A stretch of 64,000 nt of DNA from assembly GCA_964016885.1 (NCBI GenBank), contig OZ024743.1:294128001-294192000 (forward strand). Direction: 5' to 3'. The notes beneath the pieces are model-generated. The model made no database searches. It was given only the letters and a program-made list of their open reading frames with translations, and was not told where the DNA came from. The stretch is from Eledone cirrhosa. Taxonomy: Eukaryota. Below, piece by piece: positions 1 to 13,284 of this stretch. Position numbers and translations under genes: made by a program. The stretch's first letter is position 1, and each line of letters starts with the position of its first letter.

Positions 1-62
1 TCAATAGAGGAAGTTCAAATCCGGGATTTGGAGGTTACATTATATATATATATATATATATA

Positions 63-137
<75 letters not shown>

Positions 138-460
138 ACTACCAACATGACCGCTAATTATATGCAAATTTGTACGTCCATTTCAGAATTCTAATATGAG
201 TGAATGGGTATACAAGCCTATTAAATACGTCTTTTGATGAAGACCCAACTATATCTAAAAATCAATTAAAGTTACTTTTCATTTTTTACAGTTTACCGAG
301 AAATTCCTACTCTTGTCATGTTTAAATGTCTATATACTAAAAAACATGTTTTCTACTCTTCATATATATATATAATCTTATCGCATACTGCGACTGGTGG
401 TGCGGTTATATATATATATAAGTACTAAGAGTGAGAAATGAAATTTCGTTTCATTTTTTT

Positions 461-502
<42 letters not shown>

Positions 503-508
<6 letters not shown>

Positions 509-1345
509 TAAAGTATGTCCATAGAATCATTTGATAAAATATATACACCATTTCCTCTCCCAATTACCATAATTAACCACATAAAAAATCAATTAGACCA
601 GGCTATAAGAATAAGGCTCCTATGAAGAAATATTTGCGGCCGACAGCAATAGAATATTTACCCAACATTTCAACAGCATGTAGAAATCGACTAAATATAC
701 CGTCAACCATACACAATTAGGTATAAAATAAAAGTTAGAAGAAATGCGTACACTCTTACCATGATTATGTCCTTACCGAGGCGTTTCGTTCGTGTTTTGA
801 GATATCCTATTAAGGATAAAATCTCGAGTTTCGAACTCATCAGGAGACAAACTCATAGGACAGGTAATTTTCCAAATCGATCCCCGCCAGAAACAGATTA
901 AAAAATGGCTAAGAATCGTGACGTGGCAGTGGTCAAGTTAGAAAGAATGTGATTGGTTGCTTACGGCGAATGGGCTGGTTGCTAGAAAGCGCAGCCCAAT
1001 ATTGCCCAAATTGCATCTCAACCTAATGGGAGATTATTAAATATAAAGATTTACATATACACAAACTAAACAAAGTCTCAGATATATATGTGGCAACCAT
1101 TCACGATGTGGCTCAATGAAGAATTATTAAATTAAATAATCAGAGCAATATATCATAAAGTATGTCCATAGAATCATTATGCTAATTGGGAGAGGAAATG
1201 GTGTATATATTTTATCAAATGATTCTATGGACATTCTTTATGATATATTGCTCTGATTATTTAATTTATTAATTCTTCATTGAGCCACATCGTGAATGGT
1301 TGCCACTTATATATCTGAGACTTTGTTTAGTTTGTGTATATGTAA
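503..1345 (-). mobile_element. Non-coding HHR-bearing insert (about 647-nt unit) with terminal direct repeat and inverted junction-spanning copy
   Basis: atatcataaagtatgtccatagaatcatt occurs at about 503-531 and 1150-1178. 1183-1345 is the reverse complement of about 1050-1178 joined to 532-565. Flanked by (TA)n and (CT)n. Confidence 0.7.
767..849 (-). ncRNA. Type I hammerhead ribozyme, long stem II, imperfect stem I
   Basis: Minus strand: tgtctc CTGATGA gttcg...(gagat/tatcct hairpin)...cgaac GAAAC gcctcg GTA aggaca. The core-proximal stem I pair is mismatched. Confidence 0.6.
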
Positions 1346-1348
1346 ATC

Positions 1349-1524
<176 letters not shown>

Positions 1525-1590
1525 AGAGAGTGTGTGTGTGTGTTTAACGCACATAGGTATTACTATTGAAAGACAAGTCGAAAGAGAGAG

Positions 1591-1631
<41 letters not shown>

Positions 1632-2191
1632 TGTGACGCAAACAGTTTATTTTTATTCCGGCGTCTTCTTGTTGATTATGACAGTATACGGCCGACATAA
1701 ATTTCTGATTTAGTGGCATCTCTATGGCTTCTATATGGCATTGGAAGATAACACCAGGACAGACGAATGATAAGAGACCACAGTGGGAATCAATTATAAA
1801 GACGAGGCCTCATCACAATCTCCAAAAGCGACATTGACTGTCTTGTCTCATAGAAAATATAATCTTGTAGGTCTCTTTTCCAGAATCTGACCCATTGATT
1901 ATGATATAAGCTTGAAGGAACATAAACAGCCAGTGTGTCATACAAATCTTCCCGCCACCCGCCTCCACATCCGTTCATACATATATGTATGAGAAAAATC
2001 CACAATGGAAAACAACACAGGAGAATTATGAAATGCTGATATATCTTAATTTAATGCTGGATATAGTAGAAAAGAAATCTTACAATTTAGAAGACAGTCC
2101 TTCCTCAAAATATAGAATATGAGAGGAAAGAAAAAGTGTGAAGATACAGGAAAACGAAAAAACACGCATGCAACAATTACTCAGCTATAAA

Positions 2192-2329
<138 letters not shown>

Positions 2330-3224
2330 GTTTGTGTGTGTGTATTTGTGTGTGTGTGTGTGTAAACGACATCCTGGAAGAACTACTTTAGCCAGCTTTG
2401 TGCTGAGAACTTGAGGTGATTCAGAACCAAATTTGGGAAACTATATATATATATATGTATATATATAATTGTTATTGGATGCTTAAAGCGTCCGTATGCG
2501 GTAGGCCGTTTGAGCACTTGATTCTCTCATTCGTTTCTCTGGCGACCAGCTCCAGACACGATCGATGTCATGATCGAACCTGACTCTGAAAATCGCAAGG
2601 TCCTCAGATACGTCTTGATTCTACGAAGCAGATTTTCTGAATTAGGAAAATCTGCCTCGAGCTGGTCGCCAGAGAAACAATTGTAATATGTCCAATAAAT
2701 TCCATTCTTCGCAACACTCATTTGTGTGTGTATATATGTATATGTATATAACTATGAAGATATGTACACACAAACACATTCAGGTGAGAAGGAACTAATC
2801 CACACGCGTTCGTGCGAAAAGGTTGTTAAAGTTTTTCCTTCACTCTGAAGAAAACTATTGGCGTTAATCATGCTACATAATCATTCGACTTTACCCACCA
2901 ACATTAGCAATTTGTTTTGAAGTGAAAGTTAATCACTGTATTTACTGCATAAAAAATTTCTACTTCAATATTAATAGATATATTTTGCTGTGATGTCAGT
3001 AAGGAAATCTACACACACACACAGATATATACGTATATATCAATGATTGTGTGTATGCGTTTATTCTCTTATTGGTTCTAGGCATTTGACTGCAGTAATG
3101 CTAGATCACAGATCATTTCGAACCCTGTGCTTATTTTCGTCAAGTCTGGTACATATTCTATCGATCTCTTTTTGTCGAACCGTTAACACATAAACAAAGC
3201 AGTATAAATAAACTCATACCCAGA

Positions 3225-4575
3225 CAATCACACACACATTGTAATAATGAAATTATTGTGTACAATGCTCTGGTGCATGTATAGTACATAGAATAATGTA
3301 CAAATGTTAGGAAAGTGAACAGTGTATGAGTCATGATATACATGTGAGCGTGTGTATGGAGGTGGGATATCAGGTGTAGTCTTGGCGAATTTCAGGAAGC
3401 ATGGAGGTTTTAAAGGATGCAGTGTCTCGGCAGCTAACAACTGATGCAGGTAGTTTGTTCCATGCTTCAGCAACTCTGAGCGTGAAAAAATGTTTCCGAA
3501 AATCGTGGGAGCTGTGCTGTTTTCTGATTTTGTAGGCATGCCCACGTGTGTTAGACACATGGAATTCAAAAAGGTACACATGATTGTTGTTGGCAAGAGG
3601 ATTAATAATTTTGCGGGTATTTACCAAGTCGGTTGCCTGACGTCGGAACTTCATGTATCCAGGCCCAGGGAAGAAAGGCGTTCAGGGTATGGTAGATGCC
3701 TGATGGAGGGTATTCGCTTGGATGCACGTCTCTGAACAGTTTCCAGGTGGTCAATGTTCTGAGCAAGATAGGGGTACTAGACTCGTGATGCAAATTCCAA
3801 GTGTCGCCGTACCACAGCTATATACAGCTTTAAATAGGTAGCTGGAGAGTGGCTGACAAAGGTCTCCTTGACAATTTTATAGATGTGCTTTGTCCAACTC
3901 AAATCGCTGCTGATAGCAATGCCCAGATCACGTTTACAAGAAGAATTCTTGATATCAGTGTTGTGGAGGGAATAGGTGGACGCTGGGTTTTTCCTCCAAA
4001 AATACATAGTGGTACACTCGTCCAGAGCCAGCTTGAGTTGCCTATCCATGATCCATTGCTGCATGGTGTCCAGGTCTGATTACAGGAAAGATCTATAGTG
4101 TTCAGGATCCGTCCTTTTTATCTCAAGGTACAGCTTGATGTCATCTGCATATTTCAGTACTGTGGCATTCTTTAAGTTGGAATCTATGTCATTAATATAT
4201 GCAACAAACAAAAGGGGACCAAGAACAGATCCCTGTGGTACACCAAATGACATCTCATAGGAAAAGAATGCTGTCCGAGAACCGTGACTACCTATTTTCG
4301 ACTGAGAATGAAGGATTTCAACCAGTTGAAAAGATTATCTTTGACACCCATTCCAGAAAGTTTTGCCATAAGTCTTTTTTGTGGCACAGAATTAAATGTT
4401 TTAGCAAAGTCAAGGTAAACAACATTGACCCATGATCCGCCATCAGTGATCTGGGTGATGTATTCTTCAAGAAACCCGATAAGTTGATCACAGCAGCTGT
4501 AGTTAGGGATAAATCCAATTTGACTTGCATTATTCTTTGTCAACCAAATTTCACTCACTAGGGATTGGTCAACTA
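3225..4575 (-). mobile_element. CR1-clade LINE, 5'-truncated, degenerate reverse transcriptase and 3' end
   Basis: Minus-strand peptides LDFAKTFNSVPQKRL, YADDIKLY, RDLGIAISSDLSW and TRGHAYK...RKHFFTLRVAEAWNKLP. Stops and frameshifts present. Confidence 0.9.
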
Positions 4576-4582
4576 GTCAGGA

Positions 4583-4715
<133 letters not shown>

Positions 4716-4832
4716 AAGTAGAACCTTTTTTTTGCAGTACATACAGTAATTAACTTTCAGTTTTTTTCTCATTTTCCCCGTTCTTTCTCCTCATCACTCA
4801 TTGCTTTCTATTTATCTTCTATTTCTAACTCA

Positions 4833-4868
4833 TCTTCTGATAAGAGACTAGTGTCCGAAACTACAAGA
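4833..4868 (+). ncRNA. Degenerate minimal hammerhead remnant
   Basis: tctt CTGATAA gagac tagt gtcc GAAAC tac aaga. Unpaired G8A and an apparent 2-nt loss in stem III. Confidence 0.35.
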
Positions 4869-5011
4869 CTCTCCTCTCCTCCTGCTATTTCAATCGTTAA
4901 ACTAATATATTTCTTCCTTGTACTGTGCCGTTTGTTTTGTAATTTTTATCAATATTTTTACACACACACACACATATACTCTCATACACACACACGCACT
5001 CACACACACAT

Positions 5012-5042
<31 letters not shown>

Positions 5043-5049
5043 GATAAAT

Positions 5050-5357
5050 CTACCAAAATGTACGGTAGTGTCCAATCCGTATGAAGTGTACCCGGAGTGT
5101 GCTCAAAAGAGCCAACCCTTATCAAAATAATAGATATGAATGTAGATTATGTTCCCAAGAACTTTTTGAAATAATGAAATCTAAGGATATCCTATTAAAT
5201 AAGCGACAAGAATTAATAATATCGTGTAATCACAAACTGAGAAAAACCTTTAAATATTATAAACCTAATTAATATACATTTTAGAAATTAATATAAAAAC
5301 TATTTTTAATTTAGTTAACCAATAATTAATATTCTACTACTGATGAACTTCGTTTAA
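5050..5357 (+). pseudogene. Penelope-type GIY-YIG endonuclease C-terminal remnant
   Basis: ORF 5081-5272 CRLCSQE...LLNKRQELIISCNHK matches the CxLCxxE...LN.R.E...C.H ending of the other PLE copies in this window. Confidence 0.75.
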
Positions 5358-5358
5358 A

Positions 5359-5403
5359 AACGGTGCTGATGATAGCTAACAAGCTTGAAACTAGTACATC
5401 GTT
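5359..5403 (+). ncRNA. Minimal type I hammerhead ribozyme (copy 1)
   Basis: aacggtg CTGATGA t agc taacaa gct t GAA ACTAGT A catcgtt: 7-bp stem I, palindromic stem III, GUA cleavage triplet. Confidence 0.85.
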
Positions 5404-5832
5404 CCTGTGTCAGTGTTGAACAAAAAGGTGACGTGGTTGCCTTAACACCGTGTGGCATAAATTCAGGCTGTTCAGTTTGTTTACAAACGAACAAAGCGAC
5501 GTTATAATAAGCGCCGCTAAACTGATACGTGCATATATGTATGTGTACCTGTATGCATATGTATGTATATATGTATATATATATATATATATGTGCATGC
5601 TACTGTACGTCTGTATACATATATGTATGTACGTATACATGCATACTTACATTTAAGTAAGTGCCATACTAAGAGTGAGAAATGAAATTTCGTTTTCATT
5701 TTGTTTCAATTTATCGTTTTCGGTATGCCTGACCGATTTAACTCACTCAATATGCAAATTAGGCTGCTCAGCCGTTAATTTTCATAAGGAAAGTATATAC
5801 TTTCGAACGTTCAACTATCTGGCAGATGGGTA

Positions 5833-5877
5833 AACGGTGCTGATGATAGCTAACAAGCTTGAAACTAGTACATCGTT
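5833..5877 (+). ncRNA. Minimal type I hammerhead ribozyme (copy 2)
   Basis: Identical to 5359-5403. Confidence 0.85.
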
Positions 5878-6178
5878 CCTGTGTCAGTGTTGAACAAAAA
5901 GGTGACGTGGTTGCCTTAACACCGTATGGCATAAATTCAGGCTGTTCAGTTTGTTTACAAACGAACAAAGCGACGCTATAATAAGCGCCGCTAAACTGAT
6001 ACGTGCATATATGTATGTGTACCTGTATGCATATGTATGTATATATGTATATATATATATATATGTGCATGCTACTGTACGTCTGTATACATATATGTAT
6101 GTACGTATACATGCATACTTACATTTAAGTAAGTGCCATACTAAGAGTGAGAAATGAAATTTCGTTTTCATTTTGTTT

Positions 6179-6221
<43 letters not shown>

Positions 6222-6226
<5 letters not shown>

Positions 6227-8980
6227 ATGATAATAAATTTGAAGACTAAACTCCAAAGAGAGCTCGATAAGGATAAATATATATCAAATATATAAGAACC
6301 GTAGAGCAAATATTTATTAAAATAAAACATTAAAGATTAAGCAAACAATCGCTGGAGAATACTTCCTTGATAGAGGAAAGAAGGAAGAGCTGAAAAGATC
6401 AGTAACCTCCGCAAAATATCTGGCGCCCATAATCACGTCGAATGGGGTACTATTAGATTTTTTAATCCAAATAGAGTCGTCGAAATTAATCACTGACTTA
6501 CGGGCATTGAGGATGACATCAACTTCGAAATCCTTAAACACCGTGAGCGATTTAGCGAAATTGATAGCTCTAAGCAGAAGTGGTAAAGTGACATTTTTGA
6601 TGTCATTAATGACATTTTCTCTATCAAGATAGAATTCCCCAACGTGGGTGGTTGTGTGTACCGTGATGACGGTCTTTTTACCATAACAAAGTACGGCCCA
6701 CGCGCTTGCGACAGGTTCAGATAAAGAACTCACACCCTTCTTTAAAGGCTCAAACCTCTCCATACAGGTTAAGGCCAACCAATCGGTCATTAAATACCTC
6801 AACGTTATCCTCAATTTGTCGAATGGCTTGCACTACCCGTATAGAAAGCCGAATGATACGCTTAATTACATAAGCAAGTATTCTAACCATCCTGCCAGCA
6901 TAACCAAGGACCTGGAAAGAAACGTTTCTTTGAGGCTTTCCCGTCTATCTACAAACGAGCATATTTTCACCGATCATTCCACATATTACAATGAAGCTCT
7001 TGCTCGGAGTGGATTTGTCGATAAGGTAGCATATACCGAGTATGAGCATAGACCTAGGAAAAATAGATTCCGACGCAGTATATGGTATAACCCACCATAT
7101 AATATGGAGGTGGCCACACCATTAGCTAAGATCTTTCTCTCCCTTATTATGAAGCATTTCTTACCAGCGCATAAATATAATAACATTTTAATAGAAATAC
7201 CATTAAAATTTCTTACTTACGACGCCTAACCTTGCACATAACATCAATACTTCAAATTTAGCTAAATTACCTAGTCCTAGAAACACGTGCAACCCCGTAG
7301 CTAGTACTAACTGTAATTGTAGGAATCGGGTTTACTGCCCCCTATCCGGGAAATGCCTCTCTAGTAAAATTGTCTACAAATGTAAGGTTGAGACACCCAC
7401 GTCCCGTAGGGCCTACATAGGGTTAACCGCTAATAGATTCCAGCAGCGTCTTTACATGCATACCCATTCTTTTCTTAACCCTTTAAGAAGGAATATGACA
7501 TCACAGCTTATATATGGAGTCTAAAAGACAACCACACTCAATATAGGTTACACTGGGAGATCCTAGGTAAAGCTAGATGGTATAACGGAAATAAAAGACC
7601 ATGTGACCTCTGCGCCGCTGAATCGATGCAAATACTCTACGCCAACGACCACATCTTAAACAAAAAATCTGAGGCAATTTCGGCTTGTAAACATAAATTG
7701 CACAAAACATTTCTGTATTACAGCCCCACTTTATACCCTAACGGATAGTACGAACTATACGCGGATAATTTACGTCTTGATGTGGTAGCTAAGTATATGT
7801 TATGTTTATACCATTACTTATTTGTATAGGTAAGTATATATTACTTGTATGTTTTGTGAAGGTACGTATATTTGCTTGTATTTGTTATAGGCGTATATAT
7901 TATATTATATATACTGGAACATGCATATAAGATTATGTGTATACGTGAGCTTTGCTTTTGTGTGTGTATGCGGGTTTGCACGTAGGTAGGGTGTGTGTAT
8001 ATGTCTACTTTGTGTTTTGGTTGACGTAGTTTAGCGAACATATGTGTATTTACATGTGGGTGTGTGTGCGCGCGCGTTATATACGTATTTATGTGTGTAT
8101 ATTTATATACGTTTATATAATTATATGTATACGCGCGCACATACACACACACACATGTATATATATATTTTAATATTTTTTTATATATATTTTATATGTG
8201 TATTTGGTGTATACGTTCGTATGTGTGTGGGTACAGGCGTTGCGTGGGTTTTGTATGTGTGCGCGTGGTTTTGTGTACGTGTCTGTATTTTCATGCCCAT
8301 GGCGGGTGTTTTCGCGTATGCATGTGTTTCTACGTATAAGGGTGCTTGCATGTATATATTGAATTATTGTTGATTTCTATGTAATTTATTTACATCATTC
8401 TTAACTCCGAAGCCGAGAATAATTCGGTTTCATAAATAGAATTTTAGTCTACGACTTCAGTTATACCATAAACGTGGTTTTGTCTTTGCGTGTAATTGTT
8501 CTCATTGCTCCACATAATTGTTTCTACTTTTGGCACAAGGCCAGAAATTAACCAGTGTATTACTGGTACTTTATTTTATCGACTCCGTAAGGATGAAAGG
8601 CAAAGTTAACCTCGGCGGTATTTTAACTCAGAATGTAAGACGTTTTATCTTCGTTTTTTCCGTTCATTTCCAGGGAGCGTCTCCACGAAACACCTAATAG
8701 AATATTAGTCTAAGATTTCGTTTATACCATAAACGTGGTTTTGTCTTTGCGTAATTGTTTTCACCGCTCCAAATAATGACGTATTATTTTCGTTTTTTTC
8801 GTTCTTTGCCAGGGAACGTTTCCACGAACCAAAGTATTGTCTTCCTGTCTTCCTTCGGTTGCAACGTTTTTCGAAATATTTACTTCTGCGTTCACAGATT
8901 GATGTTTTTAGTTTCAGAAGATCCCGTTAAGGGTGAATGCAGCGATTCTTTTCTTAAACTTTAATCTGTTATTTTAATAT
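6222..8980 (+). mobile_element. Penelope-like retroelement, 5'-truncated with inverted 5' segment; RT thumb plus GIY-YIG, degenerate
   Basis: Plus strand: [36 protein letters not shown]...CPLSGKC, VYKC...AYIG. Minus 6398-6600: FDVIMGARYFAEVTDL. Flanked by (TA)n. Confidence 0.88.
8514..8638 (-). mobile_element. tRNA-derived SINE fragment (family of 54536-54727)
   Basis: Contains tactggtactttattttatcgac...aaggatgaaaggcaaagttaacctcggcgg, shared with more than 10 copies here. Confidence 0.85.
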
Positions 8981-9377
8981 ATATATATATATATATATAT
9001 CACGATAAATTAAGGGAGCCATAGATTCTCGTTATTTCCTGTAAATTATGCGCTCAAATTATGTCCTATGCACGCTGTCACATCTCTCTGCCGCGTGTTG
9101 CTTGACGGTTGTCTTAGATTTTCTTAGAGTTGTCTGGAATGTATTTGTATTAAACGCGCTGATGACCCATAGGCGATTCCATTTCAGTCAACAATTTCCT
9201 GGCGAAACAGATCTCTTTGGATTTGTACGCGTGTGTCATATCGTTATAACGGTCTGTATATACATTTTAATTTATATTTTTAATTATTGTGTGTCTACTC
9301 TGCCTTCCATAGGTTATAGATTCCATACACTGGTAGTTTTCCCTGTTTTATTGATGGCACACGATCTCTCTCTCTCT

Positions 9378-9415
<38 letters not shown>

Positions 9416-9498
9416 TAGTGTGTTGCCCTTTCAACACATTATATATATATATATAAATATGTATATATATATATATATAGATATAGATATATATATAA

Positions 9499-9582
<84 letters not shown>

Positions 9583-9597
9583 TTATATATATGTATA

Positions 9598-10915
<1,318 letters not shown>

Positions 10916-11102
10916 TATATATATATATATATATATATATACTTATATATACATATATATATATATACATATATATATATGTGTGTGTGTGTGTGTGCGT
11001 CTGCGTGTGTGTGTGTAAAAATATTAATAAAAATAACAAAACAAACGGCACAGTACATGGAAGAAATATATTAGTTTAACGCTTGAAATAGAAAGAGGAG
11101 AG

Positions 11103-11161
<59 letters not shown>

Positions 11162-11307
11162 TAAACTAGAGGTGTGACACACAAGTTGTCATATATTAGT
11201 AAAAGGGAAAAGAAAATGTTGACAAATTTTTCCCAGTGAAAATAGATTAATTAGGAATAAGTATAAAGTGTAATAAGTATTGGTTAGTATTCAGTTTTAG
11301 TTTTAAG

Positions 11308-11345
11308 TTTTTACCGGTTGCGCATTTCTAATGCTTTTCAAAAAT
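11308..11345 (-). ncRNA. Degenerate hammerhead (U3-A8 core)
   Basis: Minus: ttt TTGAAAA gcatt aga aatgc GCA ACCGGT A aaa. A13 is mutated, so probably inactive. Confidence 0.5.
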
Positions 11346-11877
11346 AATTTTGAGATAGAGCGATCGTGATGTTTGATATATATATGTATGTATGTACATT
11401 ATAAAGTGAAATGACAGGAGGCCAAATATGTTGAGTGTCCTTAAATTTCTTTTTTCATTACTGTAAACACTATGCACATTTCAGTGGTCAGGTTGCACAA
11501 GAACCCGGTGACGTTAAGCTAGTGGCAGAGCAAGATAGTCGGATAACATACATGAGCTTGGCTCGTCACGCTTTGGGGTCCAGCTGGATCAGTTAGAGAT
11601 GTTTGCTACTGACAGACTCTCTGGAAGGAGTGTTTCAGAAGGACTATGCCTCCACGCCTCTCTCAGAAATAAGTGGGTGAAGAAGAATATATTGTCAATT
11701 TACTTTTCAATTTACATATATCTACATGCATATATATTTGCGTATAATAGTTATATTAATAACTTTTGGGAACTTTTATATTTGATGTTTTTATTGAATA
11801 AATGTTCTAAGTTTTAAAATACAGAGGATCCAACGTTTTCATACAAAAGCGACTAAAAGCGCATCGTTAAATTGAAA

Positions 11878-11919
<42 letters not shown>

Positions 11920-12463
11920 AAATTAAGATAAATCAAAATGAATTTAATCTAAATCAAAATTATGGGTGTCATGCCAGAAAGACATGCGCCATACCACCCG
12001 CAAAATAAGCTCTAAGATTCGAACGAATAGGTCCAAGCTGGTATGATGTGTGTATTTCTAGTAGATACAGCACGTGTTGCTGGCCAGTCGCTGATTTGGA
12101 CTTGAAGTGTAAACATAGATCGCTGAAACTTATTCCTTGTTGAAAATCAAAGTATCGGCATCCGTGGTTTACCATGCGATTAATTGGTGAAATATATTTC
12201 TTTAACGGAATATATACAGAGAAGATTAATCATATTATAAGGTATCTATTTTTGAAGTTCTGGTTAACTTTATTCAGTTACCTACCTAGCTATGTGTGCT
12301 TACACACTTGTAAAAATTATCTCCTGCGATTATTCATTTTTATTTATATGTTAATCAATTTCTAGTTATTATATATATAGTAATAATAATAAATTTGAAG
12401 ATCCCGTTAATGGTGAACGCATCGATTCTTTGCTTAAACTTTAATCTTTATTTTAATAAATAA

Positions 12464-12503
<40 letters not shown>

Positions 12504-12507
<4 letters not shown>

Positions 12508-12905
12508 TAGAATTGGAGCTCTGAAATAGCAATATATATATGGATGTATATATAATGTATTTTGCAATACACTTTATGCTTAATTAAAAGCATTTTGAAG
12601 ACCGTAGAGTAGTGACAAATTCATTTACTTTAATCTCAGCAAACAGGGGAGATAAGCCGACAAGGCCTTGTTTCGCTTTTGTTGAAGCTTATCAAGGCTA
12701 ACTACCCCTCCTGTCTACTGAGATTACTGATGTTATATTCTTATAGAATTCTAGTAAATAATCAGGAACTGATTATACAGAGCGATTGTTGGTCAGGCAG
12801 AAATTAAAAATTAGAATTGGAGCTCTGAAATAGCAATATATATATGGATGTATATATAATGTATTTTGCAATACACTTTATGCTTAATTAAAAGCATTTT
12901 GAAGA
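12504..12905 (-). mobile_element. Retrozyme-like insert: 1.3 copies of a 304-nt unit with an internal HHR
   Basis: 98-bp identical direct repeats at 12504-12601 and 12808-12905. No ORF. (TA)n on both sides. Confidence 0.75.
12655..12699 (-). ncRNA. Type I hammerhead ribozyme, U3-A8 variant, intact
   Basis: Minus: agcc TTGATAA gctt caacaa aagc GAA ACAAGGCCTTGT C ggct. 12-nt palindromic stem III, GUC triplet. Confidence 0.88.
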
Positions 12906-13143
12906 TATATATATATATATATAAATATATATTTAAACGTTTGAGAAAGACTCTGCCCCCACGACCCTCTCAGAAATAAGTGGGTGAAGAAGAAGAGAAG
13001 AAGATATTGTCAATTTACTTTTCAATTTACATATATCTATATGCATATATATTTGCGTATATATTTGCGTATATTACCATTATGCACACTACATATACTA
13101 GCAGAAAACCGCCTTTCGGCGGTTTTTCTGCTAATGTGTTTAT

Positions 13144-13177
<34 letters not shown>

Positions 13178-13197
13178 ATGTGTGTATATATATACAC

Positions 13198-13282
<85 letters not shown>

Positions 13283-13284
<2 letters not shown>

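Larger units (their letters stand above)
5358..6181 (+). repeat. Direct repeat (5358-5710 and 5832-6181; period 474 nt), each copy starting with an HHR
   Basis: Near-identical copies of about 350 bp separated by about 120 unique bp, ending at (TA)n. The same 3' end also occurs at about 421-460. Confidence 0.9.

Noticed and set aside
8910-8955. cagaaga tccc gttaa gggt gaa..gcagcgattc (also 12395 and 28045 minus) as a hammerhead
   Set aside because: The core reads CAGAAGA or TTGAAGA, with no convincing stem I or III in any of the three copies.
13099-13133. Strong hairpin tagcagaaaaccgcc-tttc-ggcggtttttctgcta as a terminator
   Set aside because: Eukaryotic context. More likely a transposon-end remnant, which I cannot assign.
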